NCBI RefSeq assembly: GCF_018977255.1
Contig: NW_024704743.1
Coordinates: 20,028,001-20,092,000, forward strand
Source: Callorhinchus milii
Lineage: Eukaryota
Length of the DNA: 64,000 bases
Direction: 5' to 3'
A program made the translations under genes and the position numbers. Shown one piece after another: positions 1-11,295 of the stretch. Numbering within the stretch: the first letter of the stretch is position 1; each line of letters opens with the position of its first letter. A model generated the notes under the pieces. The model was not told where the DNA came from. It searched no databases and was given only the letters and a program-made list of their open reading frames with translations.

Positions 1-756
1 TCCGTACACGTGATGTAAACCATACATTAACAAAAGTTCTGTATTTCAAGAGCCTTGAGGTACAACAGATGTGTGCAATAAAACAATACCAAAAAAGAAC
101 TTGTACAAAAACCTGATATATTTGCAATTTGAAATACATACGTTATGTGTTACCCACTGAGGGTTTTTTTTGGGAGGGGGGTCGTGGGTTGGGCTAATAT
201 TTAACCTACTCCCTTTTGAAATTTCTGTGCGAAGAATCAGTAAAAAAAATCTAATTCAGAAAAGGTTTGTGTCTGTAAAAATGTAATGAGGTGTCAAGGG
301 AGTTGCCATATCCCAGATTCTACGCAGCTAGACTTGGAACAGTACATTGAATGAAGCTCACCGACAATCTTTTGCCCTTCCCCCACTGAGAACAAAATTG
401 TCGTTATGAGGAATCATCAGCATACCTTTTTATACAACATCACTTCAAAACTAGAGTTGCATTTATCTAGGGACATTTGCAGAAAATAGTATCATTTAAC
501 GAATCATTTTCTGTCAAAACCTTTCAAATGTGACACTACTATCAATCCCATATATATGATGGTGCAAGCTGAATAATCAGATATGTAGCAACCTTCACAG
601 GACACTCAAAGGCATCATATCCAAACTTTGAATGTAATTTTCTTCATAAAGTCTGAAAATTCACTCAGTAACTAAATGCAACAATCAAAGTTTTGAATAA
701 ACTATGCACATTATACAGCATAAATAACTAACTCATTATAATTTTTACATTTTTGT

Positions 757-1070
757 GGAGTCCTGTAGCTCAGTGGTTAGAGCACTCGCCTCGCAAGCAA
801 GAGACCTGGGTTCAATACCCGGCAGGGCAAAACCTTGGGCAAGTTTCTTTATTCTACACGCCTGATAATAATCCCTCAAGAAAAAGAAAAATAATAATAA
901 TAAATTGATCACTCAATCCACGACTGTTTGTGGGACACTGCTGTACGCAATTGGCTGCCGCATTTCGCCCACAAAGTATACAGTCAATTCACTTTACAGT
1001 ATATTCTGAGAAGCGCATTGAGATGTCTCGAAGACGTGAAATATATCAAATGCAAGGATTATTATTATTA
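757..1070 (+). mobile_element. tRNA-derived SINE, family A (tRNA-Ala-like head, internally deleted, Deu-type 3' part, L2-type tail)
   Basis: A box TAGCTCAGTGG, B box GGTTCAATACC, anticodon-like loop CTCGCAA; tail aaatgcaaggattattatta. Confidence 0.85.
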
Positions 1071-2294
1071 CATCTTGTATCTTACAAGTGAAAGCTAATG
1101 TTCAATTTCTAATTCAAAGTAAATTATCCCCAAAGGGACAAACAAATGTCAAAAAAAAACATTTAAAAGAAAAAGAAATTATTATTGATCACCTTTAACA
1201 TTAATCCATATGTTTCTTGCCACAAATGTTGGCAGCCAGTATCTGGTAAAACCCATTGGGATTCAAAATGGTATTCCTTTCTTGACCCACTTTAAGATAG
1301 CATATTCTAAATTTCAGTCACAAGTCAACCTACCAGCAATCAACCATGAGTCTTTTGATTTCTGGAATAAAACCTTAACTTGTGATCTTCTGCATGAGGC
1401 AATATTCTAACATTAGCATTGTTCTGAATCATTAGTCTGCATGAATGAAAAATACCAGTTGGTATTGTTACAGTAATCATCTGGAATTGTCAGCAAAATA
1501 TTATCCTATTATCATGGAGGCCAGAAGCACCTAATATAATTGTGGCAATAAATCAACGAAAATTCCTGAACTAACTTATTGTATTGCTAATTCTGCAGAT
1601 AAACACCTGCTATAACTAGATTTGGAACATATTGTACAATATTGGTGACATGTAAACGCTAATCATGCATAAATATATACTCTTCTGAGCTGTTTTGTTC
1701 TTGATTTGTGTTAATGATGTAATATGGTTAACAAAAACAAATTGAAAAAAGTAACTTTACATCTGAAAAGTAAAAGCTGACCAATTATTTTAATACATAT
1801 TAAATCAAAATCTTTATTCAGCAAGCAGTGCCTGCCATACGTGCAAAAGATGCTTTCTGAAGTTATGTATATTTGGTGTTCAAGCGTGAACACTTGACAA
1901 GAGTTCAAAATGGTTGTGCATCGGATGTCAAGACAAAGACACATGGGAGATTCTCCATGCAGAGGTCCATTCTATTGTGGAATGAAGCATGCAAAATTTA
2001 AGCACCTCTATATTAGGATTTAACACCTTCCTTCCCTGACCTTACCTGCATCCAGCTATAAAATGCATCTTTGGAGGTCTGTGACTGAGTCTCTAGCTTT
2101 CATATAGGTCAGGGAATGTATGAAACAAGGAAATTGTCAGCAGAGAAAAAAAGGGACTGGGGGCGTACATACATTGTGCATTGCAGAACATTTTAGGCCA
2201 TTCTCTTGGATTATTTTAAAATTTATATCACATAAAGAGGCCCAGCAGCTAAGCTGATGCAGTTGTTTCGTCTTCCACTGGAGCTAGATACACA

Positions 2295-2680
2295 AATCAC
2301 AATTCCCTGCTCTTTCCCATTACCCTGTTATGTTGTTTTATCTTTGAAAACCTAACCGATTTCCTTTTTAAATCTTACGGCCTTGGTGTCAATAACCACT
2401 CGGAATAAAGTGTTTCGCGCTCCAATCACCCTTTGAACGAAAATGTCTAACCTCCGTTTAATTTAAACGACAATCCTGAATTTATGCCTCCTTATTTCCA
2501 ATTCACCAATCAGTAGGAACAACCTCAGACCCTTTTATAACTTTGAAGGCATCCACTAAATCCCCTCCTGACCTTGTCAGCCCCGATTTTGCAAATGTTT
2601 CATTGTAGCTATAACTCTTCACACCATCATCAGTGTGAACCTACAATGGTACCCTCTGGTGACCTTTATGTCCTCATTAA
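2295..2680 (-). mobile_element. Old CR1 LINE fragment
   Basis: Degenerate CR1 ORF2 3' region in reverse orientation; similar decayed pieces at about 17640-17865 and 28890-29300. Confidence 0.5.
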
Positions 2681-3224
2681 TTACTAATCAACTAAAAGGA
2701 TAATGCATTTCAACTCACTCAACGTAACAGAAACTCTTGTTTCTGCATACTATATAACTGTATTCTTGAGACTGTGAATCAATCTCTTGATGGAACTGTA
2801 CATCTATATTCTGAAAATACTCCTCCAAAATGCTAAAAAAAAATATTAATAAGAATCCTAAAAGTGTTGGATATTAAATACCGCACCATACACCCCAGAC
2901 TCAAGAGACCCCAAATTAATTCTGTAACATAAGCTCTGCACATTGCATTTCTGACTCAATGGAAGTTTAGAAATTTACACATTTGTACGTTTCTCCATCC
3001 TTCAGCACAAGTCATAAGCGACATAATAACTGTAAATGTGCTCCTAAAAATACTGTTGCATCAGACTTGATATCATGAAAACTGCCACACCTGTAGAACC
3101 GCAAATGAGGAGCTCATGTTTATTTAACTTTAGGTATACAAAGAGATGCTGCAACAACACTGCGGAATTATTCCAGGCATCAATAATTCCAACATAAATG
3201 TCAATTATTTTTAAACCAACGTGC

Positions 3225-3480
3225 CAGCTGCCTCTTCAGATGAATATTAAACGTTCCATGGCACTATTCGAAAAGAGAAGGGAGTTTCTCCTGGTGTCCT
3301 GGCCAACAATCCCTCCAAGAGAAGTAGTCATTCACTCCATGGCTGTTTGTGACACATTGCTGTGCACAAAATTGGTTGCTACTTTGGCCCACAAACACAC
3401 ATGTACTCCACTTTACAATATATCCTGTGAAGTGCTTTGGGACATTCTGCTGATGTGAAAGGCACTATACCCAAATGCAC
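3225..3480 (+). mobile_element. Deu-domain SINE, 3' half
   Basis: ccatggcactattcgaaaagagaagggagtttctcctggtgtcctggccaac core. Confidence 0.8.
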
Positions 3481-4129
3481 ATTTTTTTAAAATTCTGTTG
3501 CCCTCCTCCCTTCTCAGTTTACAAAATAATGCGTCTTTAATAGCCAGTTTTGTCCAAGGATGTTCAATTTGCCCTGAGAAAACACTGGAATTTTTCCAAT
3601 AATTTTAAACGCAACCTTTTTTTAAAAAAACTTCATGGTTTGAAATTCCAATGCCCCTTGAACATCTCAAATTTATATTGGTGAATCAGTTAAGGAAGAA
3701 ACAGTTCAGATGCTAACAAAGTATTAGGTCAATTAACTGAAAAGGAGTTTGGTTTGAGGAATATCCAGCAGTTTGGGAACTTTCCAAATATTAACAAGTA
3801 CACCAGACATTGTTAACTAAAACATATACTCTGCCTCAAACAGAAACACTGATGACTGGATTAACAACAAAAAATGGTGCATCTGCTGCAACATTAAAAA
3901 TAAGTTTAAAACTCCAATACCATTTGTACTCCACAGTGACACTCTCAGTCAGTCAAGGAACTGCAATGTGATTTCAGAAGCTCCCAATGCTGCAGTTCAT
4001 TAAGTGACCAAGCAATTCTGATAAAGAACAAGTATTGCTGTTGAGAAGCAGCAAAGAGCTGGAAGGATGGAAAAATAGAGCAGATGAGAAATGGGGGAGG
4101 GTGGAGTTAGCAAAATTAATACCAATGAA

Positions 4130-4505
4130 TAATAATCCTTGCATTTGATTTGCGCATTTCACATCGGGAGGAAAGTCAACACATTTCACAGAATCTAGTG
4201 TAAAAGTGAACCCATTGTATTTTTGTAGGTGAACACAGCAGGCAAATTGCGCACAGCTAACATCCATGAAGAAACAGAAATATTTTGTCCCAGAAACATT
4301 TGTGAAGTGAATAACTAATTTTAATTTGAGGATTGTTGGTCAGGGCACCAGGAAAATTTATCTTCTCTTTTCGAATAGTGCCATGGGATCTTTAACATCC
4401 ACCTGTACAGGCAGACGGGACCTCCGTTTAAGGTCTCATTCAAAGGACGGCACGTCCAACATTGCAGCACACCCCAATCACTGTATTGGCGGGTCAACCT
4501 AGAGT
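4130..4505 (-). mobile_element. Deu-domain SINE, family B
   Basis: gaatagtgccatgggatctttaacatccacctg core. Confidence 0.8.
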
Positions 4506-5609
4506 CAGCCAAAGTGACTTCAGAGATTGATGTTACAAAAATTACCAAAACATAGGAGAAGAATTTTTTTATAGATTGTTTAAAAGGCTAGATTTTGCAA
4601 AAAAATGTTAAATATATAAAATTATTCTCAATGCTCCCTGGCTCCCTCAGTTGATAATCCTCTCTTTTCCCAAGAGGATGCCAATTTGCTCCTGGGATTA
4701 ATTGATCTTGGAAATTCTTATCATTTTAAAACTGATTTTTTTGTGTACATTTGTTCATTCGCCTTTGGTTACAGTCATATCAATGTTATACTATTGGAGA
4801 GACTGAGAAATTACATTACCGCTAACATTTTCACCTCGAATACCATTTTATGGGTATCAACCATCCTCCATAACCCTTCCCAAAATCAGTGTTCAAGTAT
4901 TAACCATTGTGTTATTATTACATGTCATTCAATTATGAGGGGCATCCCAGTAAGAGCCCAATCCTATTCTCATGATACTCATGCACTTTCCAAAAGGGGT
5001 CTCTGGACAGCAATCAGGAATGAAAATCTAGCTCATTTTTCCCCTCGCTAGATGAGAGGCATTAAAATCGACTCTGACGACCCCACAAAACAACTCTGTG
5101 TGGCTCCGTTGTCAGTGCATTTATCAATTGAGAGATTAGCAAACTAATTTGGTATTCCCCCGGCAAACGTGGAGGGTCTGTTCAGTTTGCAATGAGATTT
5201 GGCTGCGTCTGTAACGAACATCATGAAATTGCATGTAAACTTTTTGTCGTGTTTATCCGACAGTTTCTTTTCACAGAACTCAAATGTTGACTAAAAGGAA
5301 GGCTGGAGTCCTTTCTTCAAAGTATATTTTAAGTGCTCATTCTTATTTTTATTCAAATTATAAATAACACTTTTGTTGGAGTTTGAGCACCCAGTATCAA
5401 GTACTCACAGTCCATATTCAGTGTGGTTAGACACCGACTGGCTCCAACTAGTGTACATTTTTCTGAGTCTTCACAAGCCATTCTTATTGGCCACTTTTTT
5501 GTGTCAATTAGTTTTGTAATTTTGAGTGGTGCAATTAAACCTACTGTAAACTAAATGTAGACCACATTTCATGGAAACATGAAAGAAATGCAGAAAAATT
5601 ATAAACTTT

Positions 5610-6022
5610 CATCCCAGAAGATTGTGGGTTCAAGCCCCATATCAGAACATTGAGACTGACTGGAATGTCCTCCCAACGTGAAAGGCACTTTACAAATGTA
5701 ATTTTGTTGTTGTTGCTAACTCACTAATACAGTGCAAGGGGAGCATACTTCGAGGCCTCCTCGCCCTGTACAGGTGGGTGATAAAGATCCCATGGCACTA
5801 TTCAAAAAGAGAAGTGGGTATCTCCTTGCGTCCTGGCCAACAATCCCCCAGATAAAATCAAATCATTAACTTCACAGCTGTTTGTGGGACACTGCCTTGA
5901 GCAAATTGGCTAGCTACAAAATATACAATCACTAAACTCTACAGTGAAACCTGTGAAGCACTTCAGTTGAAACATTTTCACGACCTGCTAAGGCATTATA
6001 TCAAATGCACAGATTATTATTA
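5610..6022 (+). mobile_element. Deu-domain SINE with a short inserted L2 tail
   Basis: Head gtgggttcaagcccca, L2 tail at about 5665-5715, core aaagatcccatggcactattc. Confidence 0.75.
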
Positions 6023-7002
6023 TTAATATCATCCTATCAATTTGGGCTGAATCCTAACCTAGAAAGCTTAGAGGTGAAAGCACAGCTGATCCACTCAGCC
6101 ACAGTTTAATTTTTTTCACAAAAGAAATCAGAAAGGTTATTCAGTGAAAGCTGAGAATGATCTGTGACTTAATGGGACAAAGCGAGAGAACAGAAAGCAA
6201 GCATACAATCAAATCAACAGATTTAACATAGTCACAGAAAAAGGCACATTTGTAACAACTTCGAATGATACCAAATTAGATCAAATTTCAAGAGACTCAC
6301 TTTCATTGCCAAGCTGCTCAGTTATAGAAGAGTCTCTTTTATCACACATTACTGGGAACAAGAAAGACTTGAGTACTTCTTTTGCTCTGGCGAGTTAATT
6401 CTGGAATTTAATTTTACTGTGGTGCTAGTTGTAACAATTACTTCCATAGTCTTACTGCTAACCAATCCTCATCAATCAACACAGGAAAAAAAACAAGAAA
6501 TATTCTGAATTGAAATTGACACATTCCTTTCTATTCCCATGTGCCCATGTGTCAGACAAAATAATTAGAATTACAGATAGGATAATAGGAAAGTACAGAA
6601 CTGGAAAACATTGTTTAGTCAGTGTTTTGATGAGTACTGTTAACTATGAAACTTCAATTTATTATACTTATTATTGATAATCACTTGTAATCTACTCTAG
6701 CTTTGTTTTTTTAAAAATGCTTCTCAAATTTATAATAAAAATGCTCGTAATTGAAAAATTAAAAAAAACTGTACCTTACAGACATCACCAGCTACACAGG
6801 CATGTAGCTCCTATGTAAACGATGAAAAACAAATTCTGAGTGGAGTACAACCTCAGTTTACTGGGCAATGTTAACTCAATTTGTTTCCCAAGTGTCGCCA
6901 CTTGAAATTAATGACAGGACAGTGTTATTTGTAAGAGAGCACAATGCCAAGATTGCTTTTCTGTTGTACATCGTGGGTCGTACACCAACCAGGTTTACTT
7001 AC

Positions 7003-7097
7003 GCATTGCAATAGGGTTTCTTTTCGTATCCCTTATATGTCTTCATATTTAAGGTCATTCTGCAGATCTCGCAGTGGAAACATGATTTGTGCCAGTA
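7003..7097 (-). CDS. NEBL/LASP1: Coding exon 2 of the same gene, second half of the LIM domain: [31 protein letters not shown](A)
   Basis: Found by manual reverse complement. Acceptor TTTTGTTTTTATAG|TACTGG, 95 nt, donor AATGC|GTAAGT (phase 2). In frame with exon 1 and supplies further LIM Cys/His ligands. Intron 1 = 7098-9265. Exon 3 was not found in 1-7002, so the gene continues beyond the window start. Confidence 0.95.
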
Positions 7098-7651
7098 CTA
7101 TAAAAACAAAATTGCAGGACCATTCTTTATCAACCGATTTGCCCTGTTACCAAGACAATATTACTACAAGATAACTCGGATAAAAAAAACATTTTAATCG
7201 TCTTAACCACAGGCTCGCTGAAAACAGCCTCAAACACACATACTCTATCTCACAGGTGTTTGTTGCAAATCTAAATCGTTTTCCTTATCAACATATCAGT
7301 GTGTGTAAAAAAAATTCTGCGTCAATAACTTATGGGTCGTGGACATAAATGCAACTGGCAAAGGAAGGTTTCTTTTAAGGCATAGGTTTGAAAAAGAAAC
7401 ACATAGCCAGTGAATGCAAAAAAAAAAAGAAGCAAGTAGAAATATTGTAGAGCAGGGTCTAGAACCACTTTTAAAAGGCAGGCAGACAGGCAGACAGTGA
7501 GTGCACTGTTTGCTTTCCCAGAGGTTGGCAGACTCAGGTGTAGCCACAGTCACTGTCACTGACAGATCTGTCAGCAGGAAAGGCGTTCGGTCAAAGGCTT
7601 TGCATCATTTGGCAATGCGTCATATGCTGAACAAATACAAAACCCTTTCCT

Positions 7652-8205
7652 TCCCAGCCTCAGCCTCTCATCCCAGCCTCAGCCTCGCATCCCAGCCTCA
7701 GCCTCTCATCCCAGCCTCAGCCTCGCATCCCAGCCTCAGCCTCTCATCCCAGCCTCAGCCTCTCATCCCAGCCTCAGCCTCTCATCCCAGCCTCAGCCTC
7801 TCATCCCAGCCTCAGCCTCGCATCCCAGCCTCTCATCCCAGCCTCAGCCTCTCATCCCAGCCTCAGCCTCTCATCCCAGCCTCAGCCTCTCATCCCAGCC
7901 TCAGCCTCTCATCCCAGCCTCAGTCTCTCATCCCAGCCTCAGCCTCTCATCCCAGCCTCAGCCTCTCATCCCAGCCTCAGCCTCTCATCCCAGCCTCAGC
8001 CTCTCATCCCAGCCTCAGCCTCTCATCCCAGCCTCAGCCTCTCATCCCAGCCTCAGCCTCTCATCCCAGCCTCAGCCTCTCATCCCAGCCTCAGCCTCTC
8101 ATCCCAGCCTCAGCCTCTCATCCCAGCCTCAGCCTCGCATCCCAGCCTCAGCCTCTCATCCCAGCCTCAGCCTCTCATCCCAGCCTCCGCCTCGCATCCC
8201 AGCCT
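7652..8205. repeat. 19-bp minisatellite (TCCCAGCCTCAGCCTCTCA)n, about 29 units, in intron 1
   Basis: Directly visible. The ORF-track peptide repeats every 19 aa (3 x 19 nt). Confidence 0.95.
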
Positions 8206-8302
8206 CCGCCTCCTCGGTGTCTGCATGAACACTTTGGCTGAGCCGCGAACCGAAAGGTTGCATTTCCCAGCACGGTTTCACCCCTCACTGCCCCCCACCC
8301 CC

Positions 8303-9000
8303 TCACACACACACAGCCACACACACACACACACAGTCTCACACACACAGCCACACACACACACAGTCACACACACACACGCCCAGTCACACACACACAC
8401 AGCCACACACACACACAGCCACACACACACACAGTCACACACACACACCCAGTCACATACACACACAGCCACACACACACACACACACAGTCACACACAC
8501 ACACCCAGTCACATACACACACAGCCACACACACACACAGCCACACACACACAGTCACACACACACAGTCACACACACACACACACAGTCACACACACAG
8601 TCACACACACACGCCCAGTCACACAAAAAAAACAGTCACACACACACAGTCACACACACACAGTCACACACACACACAGTCACACACACACACACACAGC
8701 CACACACACACACACACAGTCACACACACACACGCCCACACACACACACACAGTCACACACACACACAGCCACACACACACACAGTCACACACACACAGT
8801 CACACACACACAGTCACACACACACACGCCCAGTCACACACACACACAGCCACACACACACACAGTCACACACACACAGTCACACACACACAGTCACACA
8901 CACACTCAGACACACACACACACAGCCACACACACGCAGTCACACACACAGCCACACACACGCAGTCACACACACAGCCACACACACGCAGTCACTCACT
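8303..9000. repeat. Compound (CA)n microsatellite with CAGT/CAGC interruptions, intron 1
   Basis: Directly visible. Confidence 0.95.
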
Positions 9001-9119
9001 CGCTCTCATCTTAACACTTTCTGCTCTCGGGGACGGGCGATGAGCTTCAACGCGTAAAACCGCAGTGACCGCGATGCGCCGCCGCCGACCGCCGCCTCCC
9101 GCACACTCCGGCAATGGGA

Positions 9120-9240
9120 GAAGCTGCAGCTGGAGCTGCTGCTGGAGGTGTGGGCACAGCTGCTGGTGCTGCTGGAGGTGGAGGTGGTGCAGCTGCTGGA
9201 GGTGGAGGTGGTGGATTAGGGTCAGGTTTAGGTGCAGGTT
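9120..9240. repeat. GCT/GGA/GGT trinucleotide and hexamer low-complexity tract at the start of intron 1
   Basis: gctgctggaggtggaggtggt units. Confidence 0.8.
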
Positions 9241-9265
9241 CGAGGGTAGAAGAAAAACCGATTAC

Positions 9266-9334
9266 CTTGTCCAAGCAGTTGACTTTCTCGGTGGGATAGA
9301 CGATTTTCCCGCAGCGCGCACACAGCGGATTCAT
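9266..9334 (-). CDS. NEBL/LASP1: Coding exon 1 of a LASP-family LIM protein gene (LIM-nebulette/LASP2 or LASP1): [23 protein letters not shown]
   Basis: ATG at 9334-9332 in context GAGAAAATG. The 69-nt phase-0 exon ends GACAAG|GTAATC (GT donor). Peptide and exon length match the conserved LASP1/LASP2 N-terminus. The paralogue cannot be resolved from peptide alone; the short intron 1 and gene-free upstream region lean towards NEBL (inference). Confidence 0.95.
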
Positions 9335-9415
9335 TTTCTCGCAGCGGGGCGGCGGGTCCCGAGCTGCCGGGCAACGATCCGGGAGGGCTACTGCCGTGCA
9401 GCGCGGGGGCTGCGG

Positions 9416-10002
9416 GGTGTCTGTGTGGTGTGGTGCGTGTGTGGGGCTGTGTGTCTGTGTGGTGTGTGTGTGTGTGTGGCTGTCTGTGTCTGTGAGTCTG
9501 TGTCTGTGTAGCTGTCTGTGTCTGTGTGGTGTGTGTGTCTGTGGGGCTGTGTGTGGGGCTGTGTCTGTATGTGGGGCTGTGTGTGTGGCTGTGGCTGTGT
9601 GTGTCTGTGGCTGTCTGTCTGTGTGGTGTGTGTGTGTGTGTGGCTGTCTGTGTCTGTGTAGCTGTCTGTCTGTGTGGTGTGTGTGTCTGTGGGGCTGTGT
9701 CTGTATGTGGGTCTGTGTGTGTGGCTGTGTCTGTGTGTGTGTCTGTGTGGTGTGTATGTCTGTGTCTGTGTGTGGGGCTGTGTGTCTGTGGGGCTGTGTG
9801 TGTCTGTGTGGTGTGTGTGTCTGTGTGGTGTGTATGTCTGTGTCTGTGTGGGGGGCTGTGTCTATGGCTGTGTCTGTGGGGCTGTGTATGTCTGTGTGTG
9901 TCTGTGGGGCTGTGTGGTGTGTGTGTCTGTGTGTGTCTATGGCTGTGTCTGTGTGTGGGGCTGTGTGTGTCTGTGTGGTGTGTGTGTGTGTCTGTGGCTG
10001 TG
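9416..10002. repeat. Compound (TG)n-rich tract (TGTGTC/GGGGCTGTG units) between the candidate promoter and the ATG
   Basis: Directly visible. Confidence 0.95.
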
Positions 10003-10004
10003 CT

Positions 10005-10190
10005 GAGTGCACGCGCGGGCTCCGGAGATTCTCGCCCCCCCCCCACTCCTCGCGGGAGCGCGTGCACGAGGACAGGGAGGGAGGGGGTTGGTGCACGCGC
10101 GCCGCGCCCGCCTCCTGATTCGCTCCGCCTCCCCGCATCCCCCCCCGTGCGCGCGCCCGCGGTCCAACCAATCCTCCCACACACTCCCAT
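10005..10190 (-). promoter_or_regulatory. Candidate CpG-rich promoter of the LASP-family gene
   Basis: CpG-dense patch in an otherwise CpG-poor window, upstream of exon 1. Contains GC-box-like CCGCCT/GCCCGCC, CCAAT at 10168-10172 and three GTGCACGCGC copies. The TSS cannot be located from sequence. Confidence 0.65.
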
Positions 10191-10194
10191 TGCA

Positions 10195-11293
10195 AACACT
10201 CACTCTCTCACACTCACTCTCACTAACTCACATTCTCACTAACTCACACATTCACTCTCTCACTAACTCACACTCTCACTAACTCACACTCTCACTAACT
10301 CACACTCTAACTCACACTCTCACTAACTCACACTAACTCACACTCTCACTAACTCACACTAACTCACACTCTCACTAACTCACACTAACTCACACTCTCA
10401 CTAACTCACACTCTCACTAACTCACACTAACTCACACTCTCACTAACTCACACTAACTCACACTCTCACTAACTCACACTAACTCACACTCTAACTCACA
10501 CTCTCACTAACTCACACTAACTCACACTCTCACTAACTCACACTCTCACTAACTCACACTAACTCACACTCTAACTCACACTCTCACTAACTCACACTAA
10601 CTCACACTCTCACTAACTCACACTAACTCACACTCTCACTAACTCACACTCTCACTAACTCACACTAACTCACACTCTCACTAACTCACACTCTCACTAA
10701 CTCACACTCACACTAACTCACACTCTCACTAACTCACACTCTCACTAACTCGCACTCTCACTAACTCACACTAACTCACACTAACTCACACTCTCACTAA
10801 CTCACACTAACTCACACTCACTAACTCACACTCTCACTAACTCACACTAACTCACACTCTCACTAACTCACACATTCACTCTCTCACTAACTCACACTCA
10901 CTAACTCACACTCACTCTCACACTCACTAACTCACACTCACTAACTCACACATTCACTCTCACACTCACTCTCACACTCACTCACTCTCACACACTCTCA
11001 CTCACTCACTCACTCACACTCACTCAGTCATCCACACACTCTCACTCACACACTCTCACACACTCACTCACTCACTCTCATTCACACACTCACTCACTCA
11101 GTCACTCACACACTCACACTCTCACAATCTCTCACACACACTCAATCACTCACACTCACTCAAACTCACTCTCACTCACACACACTCTCATTCACTCTCA
11201 CTCACACACACTCACTCTCTCACATTCTCACTCACACACTCTCTCACACTCACACTCATTCTCACTCATTCACTCACACTCTCACACTCTCTC
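10195..11293. repeat. (CTCACTAACTCACACT)-type minisatellite grading into (CACT/CTCA) low-complexity repeat
   Basis: Directly visible; mixed 10- and 16-bp units. Confidence 0.95.
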
Positions 11294-11295
11294 AA

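Noticed and set aside
757..828. tRNA-Ala-like gene
   Set aside because: The acceptor stem does not close and it runs into a SINE body repeated across the window, so it is a SINE head.
1..7002. Exon 3 of the LASP-family gene (HYPKQSF...)
   Set aside because: Searched the minus strand by eye and did not find it; probably outside the window.
7652..8205. CRISPR-like array
   Set aside because: Contiguous tandem units with no unique spacers, in a vertebrate context.
7501..10282. Long ORFs rich in HT, CV or SHPSLS (246-382 aa)
   Set aside because: They are translations of micro- and minisatellites. Only 9266-9334 is supported as coding.
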